This document shows positions 40,655 through 50,392 of a stretch of 64,000 bases of DNA, in pieces. Position 1 is the stretch's first letter. Every line of letters begins with the position of its first letter. This DNA is from an uncultured delta proteobacterium (lineage in GTDB: Bacteria; Desulfobacterota; Binatia; Binatales; Binataceae). Position numbers and translations under genes: made by a program. The stretch covers positions 416,001-480,000 of the forward strand of contig CAVRVY010000001.1 of the NCBI GenBank assembly GCA_963724765.1, in the 5' to 3' direction. Under the pieces are notes generated by a model, which did no database searches, was not told the origin of the DNA, and was given only the letters and a program-made list of their open reading frames with translations.

Positions 40655-42142
40655 GTGATCAGGAAAATCTTCAGACAGGCCGTCGACGCGTTCGAGGAGC
40701 GCACCGGCCTGATCAAGTTTTTCGGCGACTTGGCGAAGCATCCGGTGCCGCCCAACACCGGATGGTGGTACGTCTTCGGCAGCGCGGTGCTGGTCGCTTT
40801 CATGCTGCAGGTGGTGACCGGGATTGCGCTGGCGACGCGCTACGTAGCGTCGTCGGGGTCGGCCTACCAGGTCCTCCAGTTCATAACTTACAAAGCGGTG
40901 CTGGGAAACTTCCTGCGTGGGATGCACTTCTTCGGCGCCTCGGCGATGATCCTGCTGGTCGGCATACACATGATCCAGGTTTTCCTGATGGGCTGTTACA
41001 AGTACCCGCGGGAATTCAACTGGATAAGCGGCGTGATGCTGCTGTTCATCACGGTCGCGATGGGTTTCAGCGGGCAACTGCTGCGTTGGGACCAGACCGC
41101 GGTGTGGGCCACGGTGCTCGCGGCCGAGATGCTGGGGCGCACGCCGTTTATCGGCACCTACCTCGCGCGCTTTCTGCTCGGCGGCAAGACGCTGGGCGGT
41201 GCGACGCTCAGCCGCTTTTTTGCCTTCCACGTATTTTTCCTGCCGGCCATGATCTTCTCGCTCGTCGCCCTTCATCTCTATCTCGTCTTCCATGACGGTA
41301 TCTCGTCGCCCCCGGTGCCCGGCGAAAAGGTCAATCCAAAGACCTATCGCGCCGAATATGAAAAGCTGCTCGAGGAGCGCGGCGTGCCGTTCTGGCCCGA
41401 TGCGGCGTGGCGCGACGTGGTGGTCGCCGTCGGCGTGGTCATCACTATCGCGGCGCTGGCCTACTTCGTCGGGCCACCCGAACTCGGCAAGCCTCCTAAT
41501 CCAAGCCTGCTCGCCAACGAGCCGCGCCCGGACTGGTATATGCTGTGGTACTTCGCCGTGCTGGCGCTGCTGCCGCGCGGGATGGAATCGGTATTCATGA
41601 TCGCGGCCCCATTGTCGGCGATCGTCTTTCTGCTGATGGTGCCGGTGCTGTGGAACAAGGGCGAACGCCATCCCTCACGCCGTCCATGGGCGGTCGCCGC
41701 CGTCCTCATGATAGTGCTGAGCATAGCCGGGTTCTGGATCGAAGGATCGATATCGCCCTGGTCGCCGAAGTTCGACGCTCAGCCGCTGTCCGCCGCCCTG
41801 GTAGGCACGACCGCCATGCCGGTCGTCACGGGGGCGCAGCTTTTTCATGACAAGGGATGCGAGTTCTGCCACACGATCGACGGCCACGGCGGGATGCGCG
41901 GTCCCGACCTGACGGAGGTGGCGCATCGCCTCAGCGTAAACGACATCCGAATCAAAATCGCCAACGGCGGTGGCAACATGCCGGCCTTCGCGGGAATCCT
42001 GACCCACGACGATCTCGACAACCTGGTGGCTTTTCTCGAGTCGCGGGTGACGCTTCCGCCGGCGCAGACCTCGAGCGCCGCCGGCACCGCGGCAGTAGTG
42101 CAGTCCGCGAGCGCTCCGGCCGCCGGCGGTCACAAACCTTAG
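40655..42142 (+). CDS. Cytochrome b with fused C-terminal cytochrome c
   Basis: RGMH..GAS...H, FHV...H, PDWY, CEFCH. Confidence 0.93.
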   Translation: MIRKIFRQAVDAFEERTGLIKFFGDLAKHPVPPNTGWWYVFGSAVLVAFMLQVVTGIALATRYVASSGSAYQVLQFITYKAVLGNFLRGMHFFGASAMILLVGIHMIQVFLMGCYKYPREFNWISGVMLLFITVAMGFSGQLLRWDQTAVWATVLAAEMLGRTPFIGTYLARFLLGGKTLGGATLSRFFAFHVFFLPAMIFSLVALHLYLVFHDGISSPPVPGEKVNPKTYRAEYEKLLEERGVPFWPDAAWRDVVVAVGVVITIAALAYFVGPPELGKPPNPSLLANEPRPDWYMLWYFAVLALLPRGMESVFMIAAPLSAIVFLLMVPVLWNKGERHPSRRPWAVAAVLMIVLSIAGFWIEGSISPWSPKFDAQPLSAALVGTTAMPVVTGAQLFHDKGCEFCHTIDGHGGMRGPDLTEVAHRLSVNDIRIKIANGGGNMPAFAGILTHDDLDNLVAFLESRVTLPPAQTSSAAGTAAVVQSASAPAAGGHKP

Positions 42143-42603
42143 GCGATCGCGGTAGTTCCAGTTACGCGGGATGTGGCGGTTCTGGTCACGAGCCGGCGCG
42201 CCGGCGTCTTTGCCCCCGCCAGCCCCTTTCTTTTTCATGAACATGCGGTAAGGGCTAGACCCTCGTACCACAGCGCAGACGTGGGCTATGCGTACCCAAA
42301 TCGGAGGGTCGGAAATTCCAGTTCTCACTCGATAAGGAGGAAGCAGATCGTGTCAAGGACTCTATCTATCGCTTCGATTCTTATACTGACACTGGTAATA
42401 CTTGGAAAATCGGAGACTTCCGTTCGAGCCGCTGTTGCGCCATCCTCTGCGAACGATGTTGTCTCGCGCCTTGTTCGACACGGTCTCCTTGCCCACACTT
42501 CCCACGTCCCTGGGCATGCCTTCCGCGCCCGGGCATCGGCTCTGTGTCAGGCGCTGCTTCGGCAGTCATCCGAACGCCGATTAGCTTTTCGTAAAACGCC
42601 GAT

Positions 42604-42909
42604 TCAGCTCTTGCAGAACTTGCCGAAAAGACTGCCGCCGTCGAGGCATCCATCGGCATCGAGGTTGAACACTTCCTGCTGCCCATTGACGATGAGGAGC
42701 ACCTGCTTGCCGTCGATCTTGTAACTGCCTCGCACCGTCTGCTCCATCATGTAGAGGTTGACTGCGTCGCCCGACAAAAATTCGAGCTTCTGCATGACCA
42801 GGCCGTTGCCCATCCCGCCGCCTTTCGGGAGATAGGTTCCGCTGAGGCTGTTGTGACTACAACCGGATGCGAAAAGACACAGCAGCGCGGCAAATATGAT
42901 CGATTTCAT
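42604..42909 (-). CDS. Small lipoprotein
   Basis: Lipobox ASGC. Confidence 0.7.
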   Translation of the reverse strand: MKSIIFAALLCLFASGCSHNSLSGTYLPKGGGMGNGLVMQKLEFLSGDAVNLYMMEQTVRGSYKIDGKQVLLIVNGQQEVFNLDADGCLDGGSLFGKFCKS

Positions 42910-43100
42910 GGATATCCCCTTGACTTCGGCGGCTGATGCCGCAACCTTTGGTCAAATCGCGCAGTCATAGAAGCGTAGCGCCCGAGTTCATGTCAAGCGC
43001 ACTAATCCGCTTCGAGTCAAATTTGCTTGCCGCCCGTTCTTGCCTTGGCCGTTAGTCATGCGCTAGTTGTGCGATCCCAACGGCGTATGGAGAGAGCCTC

Positions 43101-43427
43101 ATGATTTATGAGTTACGCGTATATCATTGCGTTCCCGGCCGGCTTCCGGCCTTAATCAAGCGTTTCGAATCCGTCACCATGCGGCTGTTCGAGAAGCATG
43201 GCTTCCACCAGACGGGCTTCTGGACGGTCGCGATCGGAGAATCGAACCAGGATTTGATCTATATACTGCAATGGGAATCGCTCGCGGATCGCGAAAAGAG
43301 GTTCGCGGCCTTTCAGGCTGACCCTGAATGGATCGAGGCGCGCCGCAAGAGTGAAGAGGACGGTCCGCTGGTCGCGTCGATCAGCAACACCATCATGACG
43401 CCGACCGCATTCTCGGCGGCGCGATGA
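43101..43427 (+). CDS. NIPSNAP family protein
   Basis: IYELRVY..PG, F.ADPEW, P..FS. Confidence 0.9.
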   Translation: MIYELRVYHCVPGRLPALIKRFESVTMRLFEKHGFHQTGFWTVAIGESNQDLIYILQWESLADREKRFAAFQADPEWIEARRKSEEDGPLVASISNTIMTPTAFSAAR

Positions 43428-43617
43428 GGCCCTCGAGCCGAAATTGGACGCCCAGCCGCTGTACCCCGCGTTGGTGAGTACGACCAGCACTCCGCTTCAT
43501 CGGCGCGCCAGTTTTTTTATGACAAGAGAAACGGGCTTAGCGAATCGCGGCAGTTCCAGTTATGCGCCGCCGGCGTCTTTGCGCCCGATGCCAGTTCGCG
43601 TAGACTCCTGTGCGCAC

Positions 43618-43694
43618 GAGCCGTTAGCTCAGGCCGGTAGAGCATCTGACTTTTAATCAGAGGGTCCCGGGTTCGAGTCCCGGACGGCTCACCA
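43618..43694 (+). tRNA. tRNA-Lys(TTT)
   Basis: GAGCCGT/ACGGCTC stem, CTTTTAA loop, GTTCGAGTC, CCA. Confidence 0.97.
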
Positions 43695-43761
43695 CCTAAC
43701 CCTAAGAAATCAAAGAGTTTTTCGAGCGTACTGGGCCGAGTCGGCAAACGCCTGCAAGCTG

Positions 43762-43782
43762 TTAGGGCACAATTAGGGCACA
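43762..43782. repeat. 10-bp direct repeat, possible integrase arm-type sites
   Basis: TTAGGGCACA-A-TTAGGGCACA just downstream of tRNA-Lys. Confidence 0.55.
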
Positions 43783-43801
43783 GCTGACCGCCGGAAACGA
43801 C

Positions 43802-43847
43802 TGGAGCGGCTTGGATGGTTTGATCGAAGTTTAGGTATGGTTTGATC
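43802..43847 (+). repeat. Left terminus with two putative transposase-binding sites
   Basis: ATGGTTTGATC at 43815 and 43837 (22-bp period). Confidence 0.8.
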
Positions 43848-43949
43848 TGCCGCTTAAGGGGCGAAAACGGCCTCATTATGACCCTTGGAAACGACCCTCA
43901 AGGCCGCCAGCAGGAGGTCGCGAACTATAAGTGCAGCTTATCGAGTAAC

Positions 43950-44804
43950 TCATTGCGCCTTCAACTCATCAAGACGAGTCGGATTTTTCGCGGCCGCCGG
44001 CGCGATCCGCTCGACGGCGCGCGCGATCTCCGGCGCGGCGCTAGCCAGCTTCTCGGCCAAGGACTGTTCGGCCGCGTACTTGATGCCCGCGATACCTGGG
44101 TTATTCGCGAAGCCCGGATCGATGCCGACAGGGATTTCCGAAACAGCGCCAGTGCGCGGATTCTCATAGCTATAGGTTGGCGACGCCGGCGCGGCCGCGC
44201 GGAGCTGGTAGCCGTCGCGGTCGAGGTCCTTCTCGCCCAGCGAATCCGCATAGCACTTGCAATTCCATCCGTTCGGCGGATAGTGCGTGTCCCACCAGGG
44301 ATCGTTGGCGCGCAATACCGTGCCGCTCCAGTCCAGATGCTCCGGGCGCGGATGCGGGTCGGGATCGACATAACGCAGGTACGGCAGGATCTGTTTCGTG
44401 CGCTGCACCTGCGCCCATGAGCCGGCCGAGAGCGACGTGCGCAGATTGGTATCGTAGATCGTCTGCAGCCGGCGCACCGAACCGAGCTGGACCTCGCGCA
44501 CCTTGCCGGTGAGCGGGTCTTTCATCATCTGCCGTCCCCACCATCCCTTCGCGCGCAGAACGGGCTCGAGCGCATCGCGGAACTCCTCGAACGGGATACC
44601 CTCGGCGATCGCTTTGTCGACGGCGCCGCGGATGTCCTCGAGCAGGTCGACTGTCATCGCCTTTGCGACAGTGAAAGCGCGCGCGTGCTCGTCCTGCCAC
44701 ACGTCGCGCCAATCGAATCCGATCTTGAAGCCCTTGCGGCGGAAGAACTCGATCGCGTCTTCCGGCGGCAGCGCCGCGAACTCGAAGTCTCCGGCCGACG
44801 TCAT
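43950..44804 (-). CDS. Phage Mu gpF-like minor head morphogenesis protein
   Basis: AFTVAK, RRLQTIYDTN, RPEH, WW.THYPPNGWNCKC, IDPGF..NPG. Confidence 0.9.
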   Translation of the reverse strand: MTSAGDFEFAALPPEDAIEFFRRKGFKIGFDWRDVWQDEHARAFTVAKAMTVDLLEDIRGAVDKAIAEGIPFEEFRDALEPVLRAKGWWGRQMMKDPLTGKVREVQLGSVRRLQTIYDTNLRTSLSAGSWAQVQRTKQILPYLRYVDPDPHPRPEHLDWSGTVLRANDPWWDTHYPPNGWNCKCYADSLGEKDLDRDGYQLRAAAPASPTYSYENPRTGAVSEIPVGIDPGFANNPGIAGIKYAAEQSLAEKLASAAPEIARAVERIAPAAAKNPTRLDELKAQ

Positions 44805-45196
44805 GCGAGCACCTTCGCCGGGTCGATCGGAATCAGTAGGCAAATGTAATCGGGGTCGCCGACTAACCCGGCTCGGCTCGGATGAGGATCGTGAACGAGT
44901 CGCCCCTTGCGATAGACGACCGAGTGCTTCACCCCGCGCGGGCTATCGCCATGCGCCAGGTATAGGCAGTCGGGTTCGAGCACGAGCGATTCGCGCTGAA
45001 TCTCCAGCACCACGAATCCGCGACCGCGCAGGTATCGATAGAACATGCCCCAGAAACCGATTTCTTCGGGCGCCTCCTGGAAGTTTGGGACATCCTCGAG
45101 CTCAAGCTCTAGAATGCTGGCGACAGTCGCTTGCAGGCAGTTCCCTCTCGTGCCGGCGTCCTTGTCGTAGAAGCGATTCTGATCGACCGGCTTCAC
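44801..45196 (-). CDS. Putative papain/C39-like cysteine peptidase
   Basis: GTG start with GGAGG RBS overlapping the portal stop; GNC..A.VASIL, H.VV, HDP pattern. Confidence 0.55.
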   Translation of the reverse strand: MKPVDQNRFYDKDAGTRGNCLQATVASILELELEDVPNFQEAPEEIGFWGMFYRYLRGRGFVVLEIQRESLVLEPDCLYLAHGDSPRGVKHSVVYRKGRLVHDPHPSRAGLVGDPDYICLLIPIDPAKVLA

Positions 45197-46135
45197 TTCC
45201 TCCTCCGCTTGGCGATCGTCTTTCCCGGCACGCCGACCTGGCCGGCCACGTTGGCGTTGAAACACGCGTGCGCGAGCAGGTCCACCATTTTCGACAAGTT
45301 CATCTCCGGGACCGCCGCGACCGCTATCTCGAGCAGCTCCGGGTAGCTCGTCGCCGCGCGCATCTTCGTGAGCCACGGCCAGATGATCGGCGCCATCGCC
45401 TCATCCGAGTACTCGTCGCGCAGCTTCTCGACGAAGCGGTCGATCGCGTCCTGTCCCTTGCGCGCCGGCCGTGCTGCGTGGGCCGAGCGATTCGAGGCGT
45501 CATTCAAATCTCCGTCGACGTCGGTGAACGCACCGGCAAGACCCGGAGCGCCGATCGCCGTCGACGGCTCGGGACTTGGCGCCGGGGCTGGCGGCTTGGG
45601 TGCGTCGGTGCCCGCGATCTTCTCCACTGGATGCAGCATCGGCCGTGTATCGTCCGGGTCGGGTAACCCGAACTTATCCAGGATGGTCTTTTCGTTGACG
45701 CGCATCCCGCGATCGATGAACGTCTGCACCGACTCGGAGAAAAGTTTCAGGTCTTCCTTTTCAGGGTAGCCCAGCACGATCCGCGGATAGCGGCGCTTCG
45801 GTCCGATATTCAGATCGACAATCGGTTTTATCAGGTCGCGATTGAGCGCACCGCTCAGGCGGCGCGCATCGTCCTGGCTGAGGTCGCGGCGCACCGCATC
45901 ATGTACTTCGGCCGCCGCGCGCGAGCCGCTGCCGCGCGGAAGCTGCGTAGTCAGCGTCTGTCCCAGCACGCCGATACTCAGTTGCTTGTCGACGTACTCG
46001 CAGAATTGCTCGTACAGCTTCTCGCTCGCCGTGGTCTGCTTGTTCTCGATGAACTCGATCATCATCGAGTCCGGAATGATACACGCGGCGTCCGTGCCGA
46101 TATTGGTTACCGCGCGCAGCAGCGAGGACCTGCGC
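45193..46135 (-). pseudogene. Mu gp29 (DUF935) portal, 3' part only
   Basis: LLRAV.NIG.DAA.IIP..M.IEF, LGQTLTT, A.VH..VR; portal-like sequence ends near 46135 (approximate) where opposite-strand genes begin. Confidence 0.8.
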
Positions 46136-46161
46136 TGGGGTCGCATCGGATAATTGGGGTT

Positions 46162-46637
46162 ATGGCTACTCAGACCCAAAGGAACTGGACCGCGCATATC
46201 GTGGTTAGTTCCGAGCACGCTGGTCTGCGGCCGCATTTCAAGCGGCTTGAGGCCGAGCTGCTTCACGCGCTCGCGCGCATCGATGATCCTCGGATGGTCG
46301 CGAAATATCTAGACTCGCTTGTGACCACCAGCCGCGTATGGGTGAAAGCGCGCGAGGTCTACGCTTCGCGAAGGTGAGGTGATGGAGCTGCCGGTCTTGA
46401 TCGCTATTGGTCTGGCGCTTGGCACTGTCGCGTTCTACATCGATCAGTATCTGCGCAAGAAGTGAGTTTATGGAAGCGAGCTACGCAGCGGCCGAAATCT
46501 GGCGCCTCCATCGCGAGGGCCAGGACGTGGTGATCGAGGTGCACTCGCGCGAGCTCGACCGCTGGATCGAGCTCAAGCTGACCCGCGCCCAGGCGCTCAC
46601 CTTCGTGGTGGAGTTCGCGCGGGTCACTCGCGACTAA
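46162..46637 (+). CDS. Three small phage hypothetical ORFs (46162-46377, 46382-46465, 46470-46637)
   Basis: Closely packed ORFs with RBS-like sequences, typical of a phage semi-essential region. Confidence 0.5.
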
Positions 46638-46819
46638 AGGAAATTCGGTCGCCATGCAATCCCCGAAATATATTCCAGTGTTCACGATTCGATTGCCGCT
46701 GGCGGGCCAGAGCCTGGCCTTCATGGGCGACGCGCAGATCGGAGTCGATGGCCGCGTGCCGCGCGAGCTCATGATTAAGATGCTCGAGCACGCGGTGTCG
46801 GTGCTCAAGGGCAGAACTG

Positions 46820-47053
46820 ATGCTCGGTGCAGTCGACAAAGGATGCATCGTCTGCGGCGTGCGCGCGATGGTGCTCTGCCCCTCCTGCGAATCCGACTAT
46901 CAGAAATATCTCGCCGGCCGGAAACCGCGCGAAGGCACGCGCGCCGGCATGAGCAGCCAGCCGGTGAAATCTGGGCATCCCGCCAAGCCCTGGTCGCGCT
47001 TTCAATGGGCCGCTTTTCAGCGCACCCGCCGCGAACGAGGAGGCCGCAACTGA
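46820..47053 (+). CDS. Small CxxC...CxxC phage protein (overlaps ORF 46654-47070)
   Basis: CIVC...CPSC; ends next to the following gene. Confidence 0.5.
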   Translation: MLGAVDKGCIVCGVRAMVLCPSCESDYQKYLAGRKPREGTRAGMSSQPVKSGHPAKPWSRFQWAAFQRTRRERGGRN

Positions 47054-47054
47054 G

Positions 47055-47453
47055 ATGGCTGCGAGACTAATCGGCTTACGGGAGCGCCTGAAGAAATCCC
47101 TTGAAGGTCATCGCGTGGACCAAATTGCTGAAGAGCTGAAGCTTACTCCTTCAGCCGTATACGGTTGGCTGGAGGGGATGCGTGAGCCACGCTTGGAAGC
47201 ATTGAGCCGATTCGCGCTGGCTACTGGAGTTACCTTTGGATGGCTGGTGACCGGTGAGCGCCCGATGACTGGCTCAATTCCAATTCCAATGCTGCTCTGG
47301 TGCCCGCAGTGCCACGAACGCCATATCGACGCCGGCGAATTTGCGCACAAGTCCCATCACACACATGCCTGTCAATTCTGCGGCCACGTCTGGCGACCAG
47401 CGCTCGTTGAAACCGTTGGCGTTCAGTTTTTGCCGGGGTTCAAAGACGAATGA
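47055..47453 (+). CDS. XRE/Cro-like HTH fused to a Cys/His metal-binding domain
   Basis: IAEELKLTPSAVYGWLEG.REP HTH; CPQC...H..H..HAC..CGH.WRP. Confidence 0.7.
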   Translation: MAARLIGLRERLKKSLEGHRVDQIAEELKLTPSAVYGWLEGMREPRLEALSRFALATGVTFGWLVTGERPMTGSIPIPMLLWCPQCHERHIDAGEFAHKSHHTHACQFCGHVWRPALVETVGVQFLPGFKDE

Positions 47454-47540
47454 CAGCGAAACTCCAGATCGCATCCGACCTCGCGCTGGAGAGGCAAAAT
47501 GAACTGGCACAACAGTACTTTAGGCACATTCGGCGGAAAT

Positions 47541-48008
47541 ATGAACGCCAATAGCCAAATCGATTCGGCGATCGCGCGGCGCGAGCGGATCAAAGCGATC
47601 CACGTGCTGAAAAAGCAGCTCGGACTCGACGATGAGACCTATCGCCTGATGCTGCGCAAGATAACCGGCAAGGATTCGTCCGCTGCAATGAACTCCGGAG
47701 AGCATCGCGGCGTGCTCGACGAGATGCGCCGGCTGCTGAACGGCCATGCGTGGCCGTCCGCCCGCGTGCGGCCGCCCGGCGACGCTGCGGCGACGCCTGG
47801 CGCGGGGCAGCTCGCCAAGATTCGCGCGCTCTGGGCCGATCTGCGCGAGGCCGGCGCGCTGAAAGACGGCTCGGACCGAGGGCTCAGGCAATTCGTGCGC
47901 CGGGTCACCGGCCGCGACGCGATCGAATGGCTTTCGGCGGCCGACGCCAACAAGGTGATCGAAGGGCTCAAGTCGTGGCTGGCGCGGACTCGCGCGCCGG
48001 CCGCGTGA
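47541..48008 (+). CDS. gemA: Mu GemA/gp16 (DUF1018) family protein
   Basis: IHVLKKQLGLDDETYR..L...TGK.S, KIRALW, VIEGLK.W. Confidence 0.88.
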   Translation: MNANSQIDSAIARRERIKAIHVLKKQLGLDDETYRLMLRKITGKDSSAAMNSGEHRGVLDEMRRLLNGHAWPSARVRPPGDAAATPGAGQLAKIRALWADLREAGALKDGSDRGLRQFVRRVTGRDAIEWLSAADANKVIEGLKSWLARTRAPAA

Positions 48009-48059
48009 ATCGATACGCGGCGGATGTGGACGTGGCAAGGGGCGGGGGGAAAACCGTGG

Positions 48060-48392
48060 ATGTCGACATTCGACAGGCTGGTTGACGCGATCGGCCGCGC
48101 GGCGGCCGAAAAACTGGTCGAAGAATTTGGCGGACGGAGGATTTACGTGCCGGTGACGGCGGCGCCTGAATCGCCGATCGCGATGGCTATCGGAATTGCC
48201 GCGGCGCGTACTCTTTCGCGCATCTTTGGCAGCGAAAGACTCGACGTGCCGGCGAGAATGGGAGCCCTTCGCGAGCGTATCCTGCGCCTGCGCGACAACG
48301 GCAACGATGTTGATACTATTGCACGCGCCCTGCGATGTACCCGCCAGCGCGTTTACCAAATTCTGGGGAAAAATTTTACCCGTACAGAATAG
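48060..48392 (+). CDS. Mor/C family transcription activator
   Basis: IG..AA.KLV..FGG..IYVP and C-terminal HTH IARAL..T...VY.IL. Confidence 0.8.
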   Translation: MSTFDRLVDAIGRAAAEKLVEEFGGRRIYVPVTAAPESPIAMAIGIAAARTLSRIFGSERLDVPARMGALRERILRLRDNGNDVDTIARALRCTRQRVYQILGKNFTRTE

Positions 48393-48417
48393 GCGCTGCG
48401 ACGGCTACGCTGCCATC

Positions 48418-48936
48418 GTGGCTGTAATCTATCCAATTGGCTTTCAACGCGCTGTCGAGCGCGTGCTGCAGGACGAAGGAGGCTATTCATGCGTTCCTGG
48501 TGACCCGGGCGGCGAGACCAATTTCGGTATATCGAAACGGGCATATCCGAATCTCGATATCGCCAAGCTGACGCGGGACGAGACGATCGCGATCTACTGG
48601 CGCGACTGGTGGCATCGGTACGGCTTCGACCGCATCCAGAACGAAGCGATCGGCGCAAAGCTGTTCGACCTGGCGGTGGATATCGGTGCCGACCATGCGA
48701 TCAAATGTCTCCAGCGCGCGCTGCGCGCGTATGGCGTAGACGGGATCGTCGAGGATGGCATCCTCGGAACTGTGACGTTCAGCAAGACCAATAGCTGCAC
48801 AAATTGGATGGCCCTGCTGGTCGGCCTCAGATGCGAGGCGGCCGGCTATTACCGCACGCTCGCGCTCGAGCGCGGCCGGCGCAAGGATGGCGATCACGAA
48901 TTTCTCGAGGGATGGCTCAACCGGGCCTATGAGTAG
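48418..48936 (+). CDS. Endolysin, glycoside hydrolase family 108
   Basis: EGGY...DPGGET.FGIS, DG.LG, F..GWLNR; start uncertain. Confidence 0.9.
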   Translation: MAVIYPIGFQRAVERVLQDEGGYSCVPGDPGGETNFGISKRAYPNLDIAKLTRDETIAIYWRDWWHRYGFDRIQNEAIGAKLFDLAVDIGADHAIKCLQRALRAYGVDGIVEDGILGTVTFSKTNSCTNWMALLVGLRCEAAGYYRTLALERGRRKDGDHEFLEGWLNRAYE

Positions 48937-49237
48937 CGCCGCCATCCTCATCGTATTGCTCCTGCTGCTGCCATTGGCGGGATGCGCCGGAGTGCAGAAG
49001 AGAGACGCCGAGTATGCTTCGTGTCCCACGGGCAAAATCTGCGCATACGATATCCGAACCGGGAAGCATTGGTTTCAACGCGTCTTCAGCCAGCCGCATC
49101 GCGTGCTCGTGTATCGCGACGATAAGGGCGTTCTTCATCCGCCGATCGTTGAGGAGAGCCAGGGCGACATGCTGGAGGAAATGTCCGGACCGCTCAGCGG
49201 AATCGCCAGCCACGTCACGATTCCGGTCATACCGTAG
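48929..49237 (+). CDS. Phage lipoprotein
   Basis: Lipobox LAGC after a hydrophobic stretch. Confidence 0.65.
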   Translation: MSSAAILIVLLLLLPLAGCAGVQKRDAEYASCPTGKICAYDIRTGKHWFQRVFSQPHRVLVYRDDKGVLHPPIVEESQGDMLEEMSGPLSGIASHVTIPVIP

Positions 49238-49246
49238 GAAAAGCAA

Positions 49247-49549
49247 ATGGGCCCACTGAGTATCGATTGGCTATATCACCTGCTCGTGCCGCTGGCGATC
49301 GGATTCATCGCCGCCGTCTTCAACTGTATCGCGAAGAAACACGGCTTCTCGATGGATTGCGTATATGAGGGTGTCGGCTTCATGGGCGGCACGATGGGAC
49401 TTTGGTTGACGGCGCTGTTTCACACGCCGCCGGGCAAGGTGATGGTGCCGGCGGGCTCGGATGCGGCGGCGCAGGCGGCCAGGGATGCGCAGAGCGCGGC
49501 AAAAAAGGCGGCGGATGCGGGATCGAAGAATAGCGGCCTTAATTTTTAG
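49247..49549 (+). CDS. Putative holin or inner-membrane lysis protein
   Basis: Two TM segments, charged C-tail, within the lysis cassette. Confidence 0.5.
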   Translation: MGPLSIDWLYHLLVPLAIGFIAAVFNCIAKKHGFSMDCVYEGVGFMGGTMGLWLTALFHTPPGKVMVPAGSDAAAQAARDAQSAAKKAADAGSKNSGLNF

Positions 49550-49850
49550 CGCGCTATGCGCCGGATGCTCGCCGTCGCTGGTCTCGCTCAAGGGGACGAT
49601 GCCGCAGCTCGCGCCGCCGGCGCAGCCGTGCGGCGAGTTCGCGTTCCCGGAGCCGGACGCGATGCCCAAGGTTCCGGTCATTCATGCCGTGCGATGCCCT
49701 GGCTATGCCGCATGTTTCGACGCGGCGAACGCCGCCATGTTGCATCGCAAGATCGGCGCGCTTATGGCCGACGACGTCTATATACGCAGTTTGTATGCGA
49801 ACGAGGTTGCGGCGTACCGCAACCAGATCGATAAGGAGACCCGTCAATGA
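49515..49850 (+). CDS. Pro-rich lipoprotein, o-spanin-like
   Basis: Lipobox CAGC, Pro-rich, overlaps the preceding membrane gene. Confidence 0.5.
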   Translation: MRDRRIAALIFSALCAGCSPSLVSLKGTMPQLAPPAQPCGEFAFPEPDAMPKVPVIHAVRCPGYAACFDAANAAMLHRKIGALMADDVYIRSLYANEVAAYRNQIDKETRQ

Positions 49851-50383
49851 GTTTACTTTCAGGTATCGAGTCAGTCGCAGGCGACGTGCTTTCGGGGATC
49901 GAGGCGCTGATTCCTGTGCAGATGAAATCCGATCTGGGCGGTTTCGCCAGCACCGCGATCGCCGCCATCAAGCATGACGCGGCGGGCCTCGGAGCCGACG
50001 TCGGAGCGCTCGCGAAAGAGGATTTCGCCGCGATCTGGGCTGCAATCAGGACGACCGCGAGCAACGTCGTATCCGACCCGGTGCTCGCAACAGATCTTTT
50101 CACCGGGCAGGTTTCCGCCGCGGTTGCCGAATTGGGCACCGACGCGGCCAAGTCGCTCGTCCCCGCGCTGAAGGTGGTCGGCAAGAACACGTTGACCACG
50201 CTGACGAGCATGGCGGTGACGACGGCCAAGGCGGCGGCGAGCCAGGTGGTTGCCGCGGCGGCGCCGGTTATCGCGGACGTCAATGCGGCCGCTGCGACTG
50301 CCGCTCCCGCGGCGGCAGCTCCGGCTGCAGTGGCGGCAGCACCAGCAGCGGCGCCCTCAGCCACTCCAGCGTCGACCAAGTAA
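49847..50383 (+). CDS. Ala-rich phage protein
   Basis: RBS AAGGAG, ATGA overlap. Confidence 0.65.
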   Translation: MSLLSGIESVAGDVLSGIEALIPVQMKSDLGGFASTAIAAIKHDAAGLGADVGALAKEDFAAIWAAIRTTASNVVSDPVLATDLFTGQVSAAVAELGTDAAKSLVPALKVVGKNTLTTLTSMAVTTAKAAASQVVAAAAPVIADVNAAAATAAPAAAAPAAVAAAPAAAPSATPASTK

Positions 50384-50392
50384 GCTGCCGGC

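Noticed and set aside
42173-42724. 183-aa + strand ORF
   Set aside because: No motifs, atypical composition, and it overlaps the better-supported lipoprotein gene.
46136-46266. N-terminal 43 aa of the 357-aa portal ORF
   Set aside because: It is the antisense of the + strand ORF at 46162, not portal-like; treated as read-through past the breakpoint.
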